From NCBI GenBank assembly GCA_002256025.1, contig NKIB01013250.1:1-61292 (forward strand): a stretch of DNA of 61,292 bases, written 5' to 3'. The notes beneath the pieces are model-generated. The model had not been told where the DNA came from. It saw nothing but the letters and a program-made list of their open reading frames with translations, and searched no databases. The stretch comes from Asterionella formosa. Its lineage: Eukaryota. This document shows positions 49,532 through 61,292 of the stretch, one piece after another. Each line of letters starts with the position of its first letter. Position 1 is the stretch's first letter. A program made the translations under genes and the position numbers.

Positions 49532-51969
49532 AAATCAGCCCTGCGGCATGTAGGAGTAACAATTTGGAACAGACAGAAAGGAAGGTCCAGTAAAACACGG
49601 TATTTACTTAAGAACAGATAAAGCTAAATAGACCACTGGTATGATACATCACCTGGTATGTGATGAAATTCATGACTTTGTATGTAACAGTACACAGAAA
49701 AATAGCGTCTATAATGATTGTGTTGGTCATATCCTTGTATCACATCATCATGGTTTGTTTGCCCTGCTAATCTGCCATCTGCCCTGGCAATTCCCGCTCC
49801 AGCTATTGTCTTGCCACTCAGGTACTTCCAAGTAATTTTTAAGCTCTAAGCAATTTCTTAAGTAATTTTTACTTAGGAGCAATATGGGGCTCATCGAATT
49901 TTTCGGAATTTAGATTGAAGATTTTAGCATGACAGCCAGAATGATGGTAATATGCATAGAAATGGTGAAACAAGCATCAAACACACGAGGAATGATTGTA
50001 ATATGCAAAATCAATGAAAATTGAACATGATATTTGGAGCAAGCAAAGTATGATATGTAATGTAAAAAGTGGCGTCAAATGTGAAATAGAAAAATTGTTT
50101 TGGGTTAGAAATGAGGTAAAAAACAAGAGTCTCAGCGGAGATGCATGCATTGTAGTACTTACACAGTCAACACTGACTTTCCATCACACAATCGAAGAGA
50201 GAAATAATACAGAAAAACAAAAAAGCTGAACCCAATTGAGATCTGCATCATTATGTAGTGTAGATGATCTGGTTGCTGCAGCCATTATGCTACACATAGC
50301 TGTAGCCTGACAAAAGTAGCGGACCTTCCGCCCACAGTCGTTCCTCCCACCACACAACCCTGATCATTCCATTCCATTGTGAGCAAGCGTGATCGCCAGG
50401 CTACTCCACTATCCACTTCATCTAGCTGAATATTAATACATAGCTTGCTTGTGATATATAATCTGAGTAGAAAGGTAGCACAGCGTGTTACTAGTACGAG
50501 AAAAGTATTGCTTGGCGGCAATATTGACATCATGGTCAACGACTATACAAATCAACAAACGGCACAATACATCTTCAAATAGTAGGCATTGATGCATACA
50601 TCGGCCCTAGATACAATCAAACCAAAGCGAAAGTTCAGAACAAAAAACAACTATGGAAGCGATCAAAATAGACAATGGCTGGAAGCAATCAAATCGCAAA
50701 TTCGACAAATAGTATCTATATTCCACATTCAGTGTTTCACTGTTACACTCACTGATCCGCTCTAACAAGCATAACAAACAGCAGACAATGATATCGACAA
50801 AAGTCGAAGTGTCCCAGTTCTAAGCCCGAATTGAGCAATGGCAGGCATGATAGAGTGAGAATTGTTATTGTGAGGACGAAATTGGGCATATGTAAAATCA
50901 ATGAATATGGCTGTGAACGATATAATTTAACATTCTGATCTAGTAAAGATAATACCGACTCTACAGCATAAATATTACAGCATGTTCAAACTACGCATTA
51001 AAGTTTAGCGTAAACCATGCATGTATGTAGGCTATGTGACTACAATATCTGTTAAGCTCAAAAATGACCGGCACAAAAGATTGCCGCAAACATCAGGAAT
51101 CCCACGAGAAGACGAGCAATCCAATAACCAACCACATCTGTTTGATGGCGAATCGATACAGGGTCATTAATACTTTTCAGGAGACAAACAATAACGAGGT
51201 AAATAATAGATATATTTTAATAAAATCTGTGGAGTATATAAAATTGTTTCCTTAGCTAAGTAAACCCATTTTCGATTTCGGCTATCCCAGCAGGGCTGGA
51301 AAACCGAGGGGATCTTGCCGTAAATTGTATTGCCAAAATGCGAACATATGAAATATAAAAAATATAATTTTATGATGTACAATATCTGACCGATTGCAAA
51401 TTTCGATGTGAAGATAGGAAATCTACAAAATATATTTTAAATGATGCGCTATAATAGCAAGCTAAAATCGACATTTGCACTCAATGAGTGGGCAGTAGGT
51501 AAGCGAATGGCATGACAATAGCTAGGTTGTGAATTGCTTCAACAATATCCTTCTCGTTGGCTACATGCCTTCGGACTAGTTACTCCTCCCTTCACATGTT
51601 GATGACCAGATGGCACATCTCCAAAAAGATAATTGTTCTTCACTTGCCTGCTGTTGTGGGGAATAAATATGGGTATGAATCTCATTTTATCACCCCTGAT
51701 TTGCTTCTTGCTCCGCTTGTATTGGTGCATGCAGCCACCATTGATTTTGCTCAAAACAGTGCTGGACAAAACAAGGCTGGAATTGCTTCTAGACTGTGAG
51801 TACCTGGTCCAAGTATTTGCAAGTTGCGGTCAACTTGTTTAACTTGATGACATGATGCAGGACATGCGTTTAAGTTCTTCATACTACTCCTACATAAAAA
51901 CGTCTTCAATTCTCTCATTGAAATCGACTGCATAACGCCTCAGTGGGAATAGGTTTTATGCGAATTTAT

Positions 51970-54115
51970 CATTCCAAACGCGGAAATATCAAAACGTGGG
52001 CAAATGGCTTAAAAACAACAAATTCTAATGACTGGTAAGGCCGGCCATATGCAAAAGTACACAAGTCTTGCATCTTTTTCTTTATCTCCACACTCAAAAT
52101 CGCTCTACTTTTCAGGCAGAGGTGATGAAAACAAATTATCTTAATTTAAATGTTTCAAAGTTGTTGGGATTGGAAATTCGTAACTACAAGCATCATCATA
52201 CCAACTACCCAATTTAAAGCTATGCATATACAGTATAAATGTCACTTATATACTGACTGTCAACTAATGAAGATAATAGGATACACTGGTGAAATATATT
52301 CATATATCGTCATCATGCTTCCATTGTTCTCATATTATCATGCATTCCTTAGTGGCTTCGATACAAGCAAGCAATTCTCAGTTGATTAATAGCTTTTCAC
52401 ATAGTTTATTTCAATAAATCATGATATTTTTCTAGTCATCTTCGTAGTCATGTTGCGGCTACTGTGGAAGTGTCAAATATGTTTGTATCATTGTGGTTCT
52501 GAATTGCGCATCTATAAATTGCATTTAAAAAGGCATCATCGGCGACTTCAATTTTTGTGTCCATATTAGTATTATTAAAATAGCTATTATACGATTGTAT
52601 TGTCTATATCATGCTCAATATAGATACCCAATAGCAAAGTGTCGTTCTCATTTTTCAAGGAAATATTCGTTATTTTCGTCGTGTTCATGGCTGAAACGAC
52701 TTGATGCAGCATTCTCCGCCGCTCATGATGACTACATAAACTTTACTACGTAGTATTTTACATATAACGGTATTCAAATGAATCAAAGAATCTAAGCTAA
52801 ATAATTATATACTAGCACCTACTAGCTTGCGCTTGCTTGGGTACCAGGTACCCTAAGCATGAATCCAGCATAGAAATCGTATTATAGAAGTTGCAAAGCA
52901 AATTTTAAGTACACATTATAGAGCCTCAAATATTGTGTAGTTCTGTGGGTCACACTGCAGCGCAGAGGGCCAGGATTGTAAATAAAGTACAGTGGAGCCA
53001 GACAAGAATCCCATGTGGCTCTTAGAGTTTTGGAGGAGATTCTGTAACTTTATTAGGTGTGAGTCAGGCAAGGCGCCCATGTGGCACTTAGAGTACCATG
53101 GTGGATCAACAAGTGAGAGAAAAAGAGACATTGTCATGCTGGAAAGGACGCCTGTGATTGATTTTTTCCAAGGTTCAATTAACTGGAACTGAAGTGGTGA
53201 CAGGCTTAGTAAGAAATTAATTTGGCAATTATGATGAAATGAACAATCTAATGGTAGATTCAAAGTTAAGAGAGGAGATACTGGAGATATTGATGCAGTA
53301 GAAGGAGCAGAGGAAAGTGATGCTCCTGTCATCAGCACCTGATGGTAAGATGAGTGGATGGCAGCAAAAGGGAATAGGGTTTTTTAATTCCTGAAGGATC
53401 GGGTGGTATCCCAGGTACTACAGGAGAATTGGAAGTAGGAGAGAGGTAGGGAAAGGTCGTGGGAGGAGGATCACGCCTTCGTTTGAAGAAAGCCCTGAGA
53501 GTTGTATGCATCGTTGGCGAAATGCTTTCCTCAGGATGGAAAGGGCGGACTTCTGTGGTGGTACCAGCAGGTCTAGCGGAGCAAGTGGATATGGAATAGG
53601 AGGGGAGGAGGAGGAGGAGGAGGAGCGGGGAGGAGCAGTGTCCAAAACGGAGATGGTGAAAGAGGAGAGTGTCAGCAGCAGCGCTACAGACTGCCCAGGT
53701 ACTAGGCTTTGGACTAAGGAAGGCAAATGAGAGACGGGATTCTAACCCAGAAAGTTCAATGTTGCAATGTTGAAACTTTATATAATATAATTGATATTTT
53801 TAGTGCCAGCAGTTGTTATGTATGATGAAGCTGGCAGGGGCATTTACATATCCTAGCTTCATTAGAGCTGTTCATTATTGGTCGTTTTCATCACTTCCGC
53901 CATAAAAAAGTCATTTTGAGTTTTAGAGAATAAAGCATCTTGCTTACTTTTGCTTTTGGTCACCCTTATACACTAGTGTTTTCATTTGCTGTTTGTTAGC
54001 AATTTTTGCCCTTGTTGTGATGTTTCTGTGTTTGGACAAATTAATGAGCATAGAACCTACATTACGAAGTTGAGATACAGTTAATTTTGAAGTGCAAATT
54101 GATGACATTCTCTAT
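51970..54115 (+). repeat. Old dispersed repeat, copy B, with a ~0.9-kb insert (~52870-53810)
   Basis: Matches 37470-38800 on both sides of the insert. The insert has a weak FHHLRFGH motif on the minus strand (possible retroelement fragment). Confidence 0.75.
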
Positions 54116-54592
54116 TTTGTTTGAAGAACTTAAGCACCTGTACTGCATCACATCATCAATTTCAGCAAAATGACCACAACTTCCTGGTAATTTGGTCCTC
54201 CTATAGATGCAAAACTGGACCCATTTACAGGTTGTAGCAATCTGAGGAAACAGTTAGTTCAACATTGCATTGCGTGCCACAATCCTACATATTAAATGCA
54301 TGCCTTTGAAGACTGCATGAAGTTGATGAACAAACTTCGTTTTCAAAGGATTCAACAAAAATGGGGAAAGAAACAGACACATGAGTAAGACAGCTGAACT
54401 GGTTAGCAATCTTATTTTGTTAGTTTCCCGTTAACAATGGTGATAAGGAATGCAGCATAGCCATTTTTCCTCTGTCTTCATTAGTTTTTGTCTTTACGTT
54501 CTTGATATGTCAAATAATTCATCACAAAATATGCAACGCAATAAAACCCCGACATTAACGAAGGTGAAAAAAGGAAACCATTTACTCGAAAT

Positions 54593-55138
54593 TTAATCCT
54601 CCTTACGGGAAGCGATTCGAGCCGATCGTCGCCCGGCAGGAGATAAAAATGTTCCTAGTTGCGGGCTCTTAGCAGTACGCTTTGGTGTTGAAGGTTGGAC
54701 CGCTTCTGGGTTCTTTGACTCGATTTTGCCCCCTTTCGCAAGAGGCCGAGTCGAAAGGCGTGAGAGGCCGAAAATTACTAAAAAGCAAAGGATGCCCACC
54801 TGTGAAGATTCAGTACACAAAATGCAGAGGAGGAAGGTGATTGTGCATTATGCGATTTTGTCATATTGGTGAGTTCAGCGAAAAGCGATTCATCAGAATT
54901 GTTTCCCACGTCATGTTTGCAAAATCCGATCCTCCGAGCTTGTTTTCTCATCTAGAAGCCACCATGATCGTAAGAGACCGATCGTATCCATCCAGTAAAA
55001 CAAACAAAGCTATCGGAAACCCGGGGACCCATCGCTTTCGTTGTAGCGTCATTGATCATCTTTTTCTCGTTTCCACACAAAACTCACCAGGACAACTAGG
55101 GGAAGATGAAACTCGGAGGAGATAGCGTCGAAAGCCAT
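54593..55138 (-). CDS. Predicted 85-aa single-pass membrane protein, 2 exons (55138-55088, 54799-54593)
   Basis: ATG at 55138, donor GTGAGT at 55087, pyrimidine tract and CAG acceptor at 54800. The phase-0 join rebuilds one hydrophobic helix, LPLVVL|VGILCFLVIFGL. Confidence 0.72.
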
Positions 55139-56294
55139 TGCGAAGGTGAAGAAGGAACAACAAGAAACACTATCGGCAATATGAAACAATCAGCAATCCA
55201 TTTTGTTAATTTTCCTCCTGCAGTTTTTCGCGCCAGCAATTCGAGCGACAAGGAGTCGCAGCGGCAGCTTTCAAATTTGAATTTCACAATGAGCACTTTT
55301 ACCTGGAGGTAGAGTGCGCAATAAAAATCATCGGGAAGCAAAGAGCAAAAGGAATACCGGTAAGCTATCTACCAGGGTACTGGTACATAACAAGAAACAC
55401 TGCCTACGGTATACTATGTATGAGGCAGCGGACGTCCATTTTATTATTGGGTTTTGAGCTCCAATGAAAGGTCCGTGCTCCACAAAAACAAAAATGCGAA
55501 ACTTGCATCCATCGAGGATGACATTCTGGTCGTATTAGTACCAGGAGTAAACTAGCTTGTTACTACCCAGTAGTCCATACATTAATTACTGTTGTGATAG
55601 ATTAGTGAAAGATTACCTGGGTCAAGTCTAAGTTGAGAATGACAAGTAACAGCACCAATGAGCTACAATCTACAAAGAGCACCGACAAAGTGGGGAATAA
55701 TTGGCAGTATCTTTTGAAGAAACCCCTTGCCCACAGCAATTGCATTGGTTCATAAATCCGTTGTGCAGTCCATCCTCTTGTAAGGTTCAGACCATGGGTG
55801 CAAACAAAGAAAATGATGTGCATCATTGATGATGTGTCTGATTTATAATGGACAGGCACAGTGGGATTAATGTGAATGGCCATAAGACATGCTCACGAAG
55901 TGGTGGGATCACACTAATCCAGTCAGTCTTCCTTGGTGTGGTGTCAATAATTTTTGCTTCTTGCCATTTTGACTCATGCAAAAAATTGCTGTCCAAAAGG
56001 CATTTAGAAGGCAGTGGCCTCACAGAAACCTCGCAGTTGACAGGCACCCCATAGTGATGAGATGAGCATCTCAAGCAAGTTTATTGGTTCTAGTCAGAGA
56101 TTGATTGCATATGGCCCACTACATGTTCATTGTGTTGCTCTGATAGAGCGTTATAGCAATGCAGCTGAGTCTTTGGAACAATGGCAGCAGGACCTAAGAC
56201 AATACTACTTATATCATGTATCCATTTTACATTAGCTGTGTATGCCATGCTATAGGTATTATCATTGCTTCATGACTTGGGTGTAGTCTTCTCT

Positions 56295-57736
56295 CTACAA
56301 ATCCACTACTCGTGCCAGTTTCTGGATACGGTTCAGCAATGTGTCACCTTTTTGAATCATTTCACGGTATTGTGCGTTCTTCTCATCAGGCCGGTTTGTC
56401 TCGACTACTCCTCCAAATTTGTCAATCTTGGCAGTAAGACGACCCGCAGAAATGAAGCGACTTAACTGCAGATCTAAGTACTCCGCTCCAACACCAAAGG
56501 AGGTAGCCATGGAGCTCAGGGTAACAGACTTGTACGAGTCCAAAAACTGCTTGTATCCAAGAACATGCAATTCTCGCATAATGTAACCGCAGTGCGGTTG
56601 CAAGAAGCGGTCTGCCAACAATAGGGGTTGAACATCAACCATAGCATGTAAGTAGGCCTTATAGTCGCAGTCGTGAAGGGCGTTCACGAGACGAAGCTGC
56701 AAATTGATAAAAGGGGAAGATTAGAAAGCAAGGTCCAAGCGAGACTATGCAAACCCACGCATCCTGAATTAGCCCCTTACCGCAACTGGAATTTCATTGG
56801 CTATCGACAGAATCTCAGGCCCATCAATAATCTTCTTCTTCAACTCGGGACGAGAAAGGAAAAGAATATTGGAAATAATGGTGTAAACAACAAAGTCATT
56901 GTAGGAGCAAAGTTCAGTGCAAGAAAACGTCGCGACACAGTCAATCAACAAAGAGGCAGCTTCCTTGACATCCCGGGCCAACAATTTGGACAAGGCACTG
57001 TAGACCTTCAGACGATTGCGTCTGTCCCAGTCGCCTCCGTCGTCGGCGAGTTTCGACGCCTGAGTGGGGAAGAGGGCGAGTGGAACACGTAAGAATAGGT
57101 CGGTCCAACCAAGATCGCAACATGCCAGCAACTTCGCAACTAACTTACTCTCTCAATCAAATCAGATGCCTTCCCAGTTTCCCCATGAAATGACGCCACA
57201 CGGGCGCACTCCATCAAGGCATCAATAGTCTTGCCACTACTCAGTTTTGGTAGTGACAAAACCTTCTCATAGCCTTCGAGTGCTTCATCCTTATTCAAAC
57301 TCTTAGCAGCAAATCGAGCAACTTCAAACCGCGCGTCCAGGACTTCCATATCGCCAGCTGATTCCTTGGCTTGCTCAACTTTTGCTTCAAGCTCCTCCAT
57401 TGTTTTTTTGTGCTTGGCTTCCATCGCCGTCAAATCCGTATCCGAGAGAGTCGACCACATCAAAGATTCTCTCAGCTCACGATACAAGGATGGATTCTCC
57501 ACGTCAGCTCCAGCAATTTCTGCTTCGACTTCAGCAGAAAGGTTCACAGAGGTACCGGCAGCTTCCTTGGCTTCTGCATCCATCGTGACGGTAAGTCGAT
57601 GGATCTTTTGAGCCAATTCCATATTGGGAAACTTGGACGCGTTTTCCGCCGACGCCGACGGCTGCACTGTCTTGTTCTTTTGTTCGTTGGGTTCTTCGAT
57701 CTCCATACTAGTGCTACTTTCGACTTTGGGTGCCAT
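56295..57736 (-). CDS. RPN7: 26S proteasome regulatory subunit RPN7 (PSMD6), 3 exons: 57736-57149, 57059-56781, 56696-56295
   Basis: GGDWDRRNRLKVY, FSCTEL, QFLDSYKSVTL and GDTLLNRIQKL motifs; two phase-0 GT-AG introns. Confidence 0.96.
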
Positions 57737-58134
57737 ACCGGTGCGTTGTTTCCTTCCTTTTTTGCAAAGATAAGACCAAGAGCATTAGTCGGTACCAGCT
57801 ACTCCGGAGTAGCGAGAAAGTTTAGCTCAGGGTGCAAGCAGGGTTGAATCGTCACTGTCGTGCGTGCAAGGCTGATTGCTCCCTGCCCTTCCTCTTGGAT
57901 GAGCACATTTGCCGACAGACGAGGAAGCTTTTGGAAACAACCAAGACGTGCTCCTTTTTTGTGGTCTCCTTGGGAGCGCGACACTAAAAGATGCACAGTA
58001 CATAACACATACGTACATACAGCAGATATGATAGTTATGTATCATGCATATGACAAGACGGAATCCAGAATCCAATTGTACGACTCACTTGATGGTTGGA
58101 TAGAGCATCAAAACAAAAAAATTATAATCATGCA

Positions 58135-60025
58135 TGTGTGAAATCGTACATAGTCTTTGCAAGGTTGCTTCTGCTGAAAAACCCAAGTGGAACATCCAGG
58201 CTTTCCCACCGAGCAACCCAGAACATCATCACTCCAGCAAAGCCACTTCAACTCCTGACCTTTGCTGATCGACCTCACAGGTAATTGTGCTGAACCACTC
58301 AAAAACTAATTGGTTCATCGATTTCCACAACAGTTGTTTTCTGTGTGAGTTTATTAATAGAACTAATTAATTCTTTTTGCTTTGGTGCTTGTCAGCCAAC
58401 ATGTTGACCAAAGCCGCCTTCACGGCAAACTTCCCAGCACCCACACTGACTCTCATACTAGGCACCGCCACTTCTCTGCCAACTTATCTCATGATCAAGA
58501 ATGCGCGAAAGGAACTCAATGCGAAGGCCATCTCTGTTCACCCCTATGAAGCAAGGCGGTGGCCTCAATGGCCACCTCACCCTCACTGTAACTCCTGCAG
58601 TCTATCTCACAATCGCCGGAGTCCCCTTTGTGCCCCCCCTGTCGCACCTCCATCCGATCCCGCGCTCCCCATGGCCACACCAACTGGCCCATAAATTACT
58701 GAGGCCCATCGCCTCCTGCTGGCCCAACAGAAGGCTTTCCGACTCTATCACGATGTTGACAAAGCTCTGGTGTGCCAGATCATTGCAGCCACTCCTGCTA
58801 TCCACCTCAATGCTCTCAATGACCGCCAGTCAGGGTTTTCCCATGTCATCTATCTCCAAATGCTTCAGCACTTGCCTACCCGATATGATGGTGAAGTCAC
58901 AATGGACATGGAGGATGCTAACTTGGCCCGTATGATGACAGCATGGCAGCCCCCTACACCCATTGACTCGTTATTCCAACAGCTTGATGTTGGCATCTAT
59001 TTTGCTGAAGCTGCCCAAGAGCCCCTTGTTGATTCCACAGTGGCCCGCCTAGGATACTGATTCCACAGTGGCCCGCCTAGGATACAACATTGTTCTCCAA
59101 ACCGGCCTCTTCACCAAGGCCTGCCGCGAATAGCGCCTCAAACCCACTGCCTTGCAAACATGCATACTATGCCGCCTTCCAGGAACACTTCCGTCAAATG
59201 GACAGCAATGATTGCCGGATCCATTCCATTACCTCAGCGTCAGCTGGCTACCATGGTCAACCCTCCGCCAATCAGGCTGTAAGTTTCAGACCACTGTTGG
59301 ACCCTATAAGTGTCCTTAGTGTCCTTACCAACGAGCTTGCCTCCCTTCGCGTGCAACTGCAACTGGCTGCAGCAGCTCTCATGTCTCCAACTGCCCCTAC
59401 ACCCGCCCCCCCCCCTCCCATCCAGGGGATACTGTTGGACGCATGGCAGTGGTAATAACACTGAACATAACAGTGCTTCCTGTCGAAACCCCCCAAAGGG
59501 CCTCCAGGCTGCAGCCACCAATCGCAATTGCATGCTGGGTGGCTGGCAGTACTCATCGCATCGGAGAGCGCTCCTCCACAGCAATTCCCCACCCTGCTCC
59601 CTGACCTACTAGCGGGGCGGCTGCCTTGGATCATGTTCTGGCAAACCCCTCACTGCCAATCACTACTTCTCCAGATATCGACCTTAATTCTTTAGTCTTA
59701 GCTCCCAATTGCCTACATACTAGTACTACAGTCCCCTCCCTGCCACCTTGTCCTATAGTCGCTCATCCTTGATACAGGCTGTACAAGCAAGTCACTTCAT
59801 CATGATGTCTGGGCCATACATCAACGCCTAACCTGTCTCACCTGAAATCAGTGTTCTTCTTCCCAGTGTATCCACCATCCGATTCACCCACACTGCCTGC
59901 TACAATCTATCTCCCTACCTTGCCAGCCACTTTCTGCTCGCCAATGTCATCTCTTTCCCAAGCTCACTTCCGGCTCTTTAATTTCTGTTGGTCAACTCTG
60001 CCTGCAATCACGGGTGCACTGCCAT
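58135..60025 (+). mobile_element. Truncated, degenerate copia (possible LTR ~58135-58332, gag, protease)
   Basis: KELNAKAISVH..GGGLNGHL, WQPPTPIDSLFQQL, YCWTHG...HNSASC knuckle, ILDTGCTS protease at ~59766; many frameshifts; cut by the MITE at 60026. Confidence 0.8.
59030..59085 (+). repeat. 28-bp perfect tandem duplication
   Basis: TGATTCCACAGTGGCCCGCCTAGGATAC occurs twice and breaks the gag frame. Confidence 0.92.
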
Positions 60026-60860
60026 GGTCCATTACACTTTTTGCATAAAAGTGTCCAAAAATGCATAATGAGTTAGTCGGGGAACTCGGGATTACTTTTT
60101 TTTGACTAAATTTGTAGCAAATCAATATTAATTTCTATCAATGATAGAAACTTTTCCTAACTAAATTTTCAAGGACTCTTTTTACTTAGGATATTGAAAA
60201 TAAAAAAATAAAAATAAATTTGTACTACTGTACATTTTGGTCAAGAAATCGGATGCATAATGTATCAGATGTACTTACGTTTTCGACATGGAACACATCA
60301 TACATACAACAAACCTTGTATATACTTTATACATTTTTGCATATTATATATGCTTGGCATACATAGTACTACTGGGTACTCCCAGTACTTGCATGTGTGT
60401 TTGTACAGCTGCCTGTGGTATGGGGTCCATGAGACAGCAACTCCATCTTGACCATGACAAAATTATAGATTTAAATATCTTCATGAGTATTGACAATGAA
60501 CAATTCCTTTTTCGCACGTGTATGTTAACTAACATAGACGAGATTATCGTTCAATAATAAAATTTTTTGTACTAGTATTGACAACAAAAAGCTGAAATCG
60601 GCGCTGGAAGTTGTTTTTGGTCGTCATTTGCTCAGTTTTGAAGATATGACCCAAAACGAGACAGTGTTGAGTCCGCGGTGATTAGCTAGATAACTTTGAC
60701 TAGATAAGGTTTTCTATGTTTTGAAGAAATAGATGAGAAAACTTGACTGACAGTATTCTCGGAGAGGGTACAACATTTCAAGATGCAAGAAATACCTCTA
60801 CGTCAATTTTGTAGTGACTTTCATGTGCACACTAATTGTCATGGTTCATATTTGTATGGC
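60026..60860. mobile_element. Second, inverted copy of the MULE-like MITE; far end interrupted
   Basis: Starts GGTCCATTACACTTTTTGCATAAAAGTGTCC and aligns as the reverse complement of ~34296-35143. Confidence 0.9.
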
Positions 60861-61292
60861 ATCTTGAGTAGGGGGTTAAATATAGTCATAAATGCGACAT
60901 CTATGTTTACATGGTACGTAATGCAATAGTTTATCTACCAGCGTAGTAAAAGGTACAGCAGTTTCAAAGTAGCCATGTCATGTTCCTACTGGGTATTGAA
61001 TCAAGGGGAAGAAGGGAATGCTGGTAGGAGGGCAAACCTACAGTTTCATAGTACCAGCGTAGTAATAGGTACAGTTGAACAGTGCTAGCGTAGTAAATAT
61101 ATGATAAAATGTTATGATCATATGATGTACACATGAAGAACTCCCGCCAAAAAGGGGGCTTAAATAATTTGCTACCAAAATCCTCGCGTATAAATAATGA
61201 TACAAATGGGTTATGACTTAGTACACCAATTGAATGGTCTAAATAATTAGTGCCAACGGATGTAGAAAATATTGATGCAAACAAATTTCAAA

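Noticed and set aside
50301..50440. Possible solo LTR
   Set aside because: TG...CA is present but there is no clean TSD and no second copy in the window.
55600..56080. Possible hAT transposase fragment on the minus strand
   Set aside because: Only a vague resemblance; no diagnostic motif or termini.
60935..61100. Spaced CCAGCGTAGTAA..GGTACAG repeats as an array
   Set aside because: Only 2-3 irregular copies at the window edge; more likely TE subterminal repeats.

Overview
Eukaryotic, transposon-dense genomic DNA, most likely a diatom (inferred from CoDi-like Ty1/copia elements, short GT-AG introns and a signal-peptide-plus-Phe targeting leader). Six host genes are supported: a 1553-aa low-complexity protein, an S9 acylaminoacyl peptidase, a START-domain protein, an atypical U2AF65-like protein, a small spliced membrane protein that the ORF track captures only in part, and proteasome subunit RPN7. 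They sit among nested, decaying elements: four copia elements (one full length with LTRs and TSD), three pogo-like TIR elements, a Harbinger fragment, an integrase+Ulp1 (Ginger-like) element split by a MULE-like MITE, and a long-TIR foldback element. Most notable: (i) the full-length copia has a primer-binding site complementary to the D-arm of initiator tRNA-Met, not to its 3' end or anticodon half; (ii) TA-CCGG-TA-type motifs, probably excision footprints, pepper the window and appear as indels between paralogous repeats; (iii) a membrane-like segment follows an in-frame UAG between gag and protease; (iv) the U2AF65-like protein is built from two RRM1-like domains. All calls are by eye; no searches were run.
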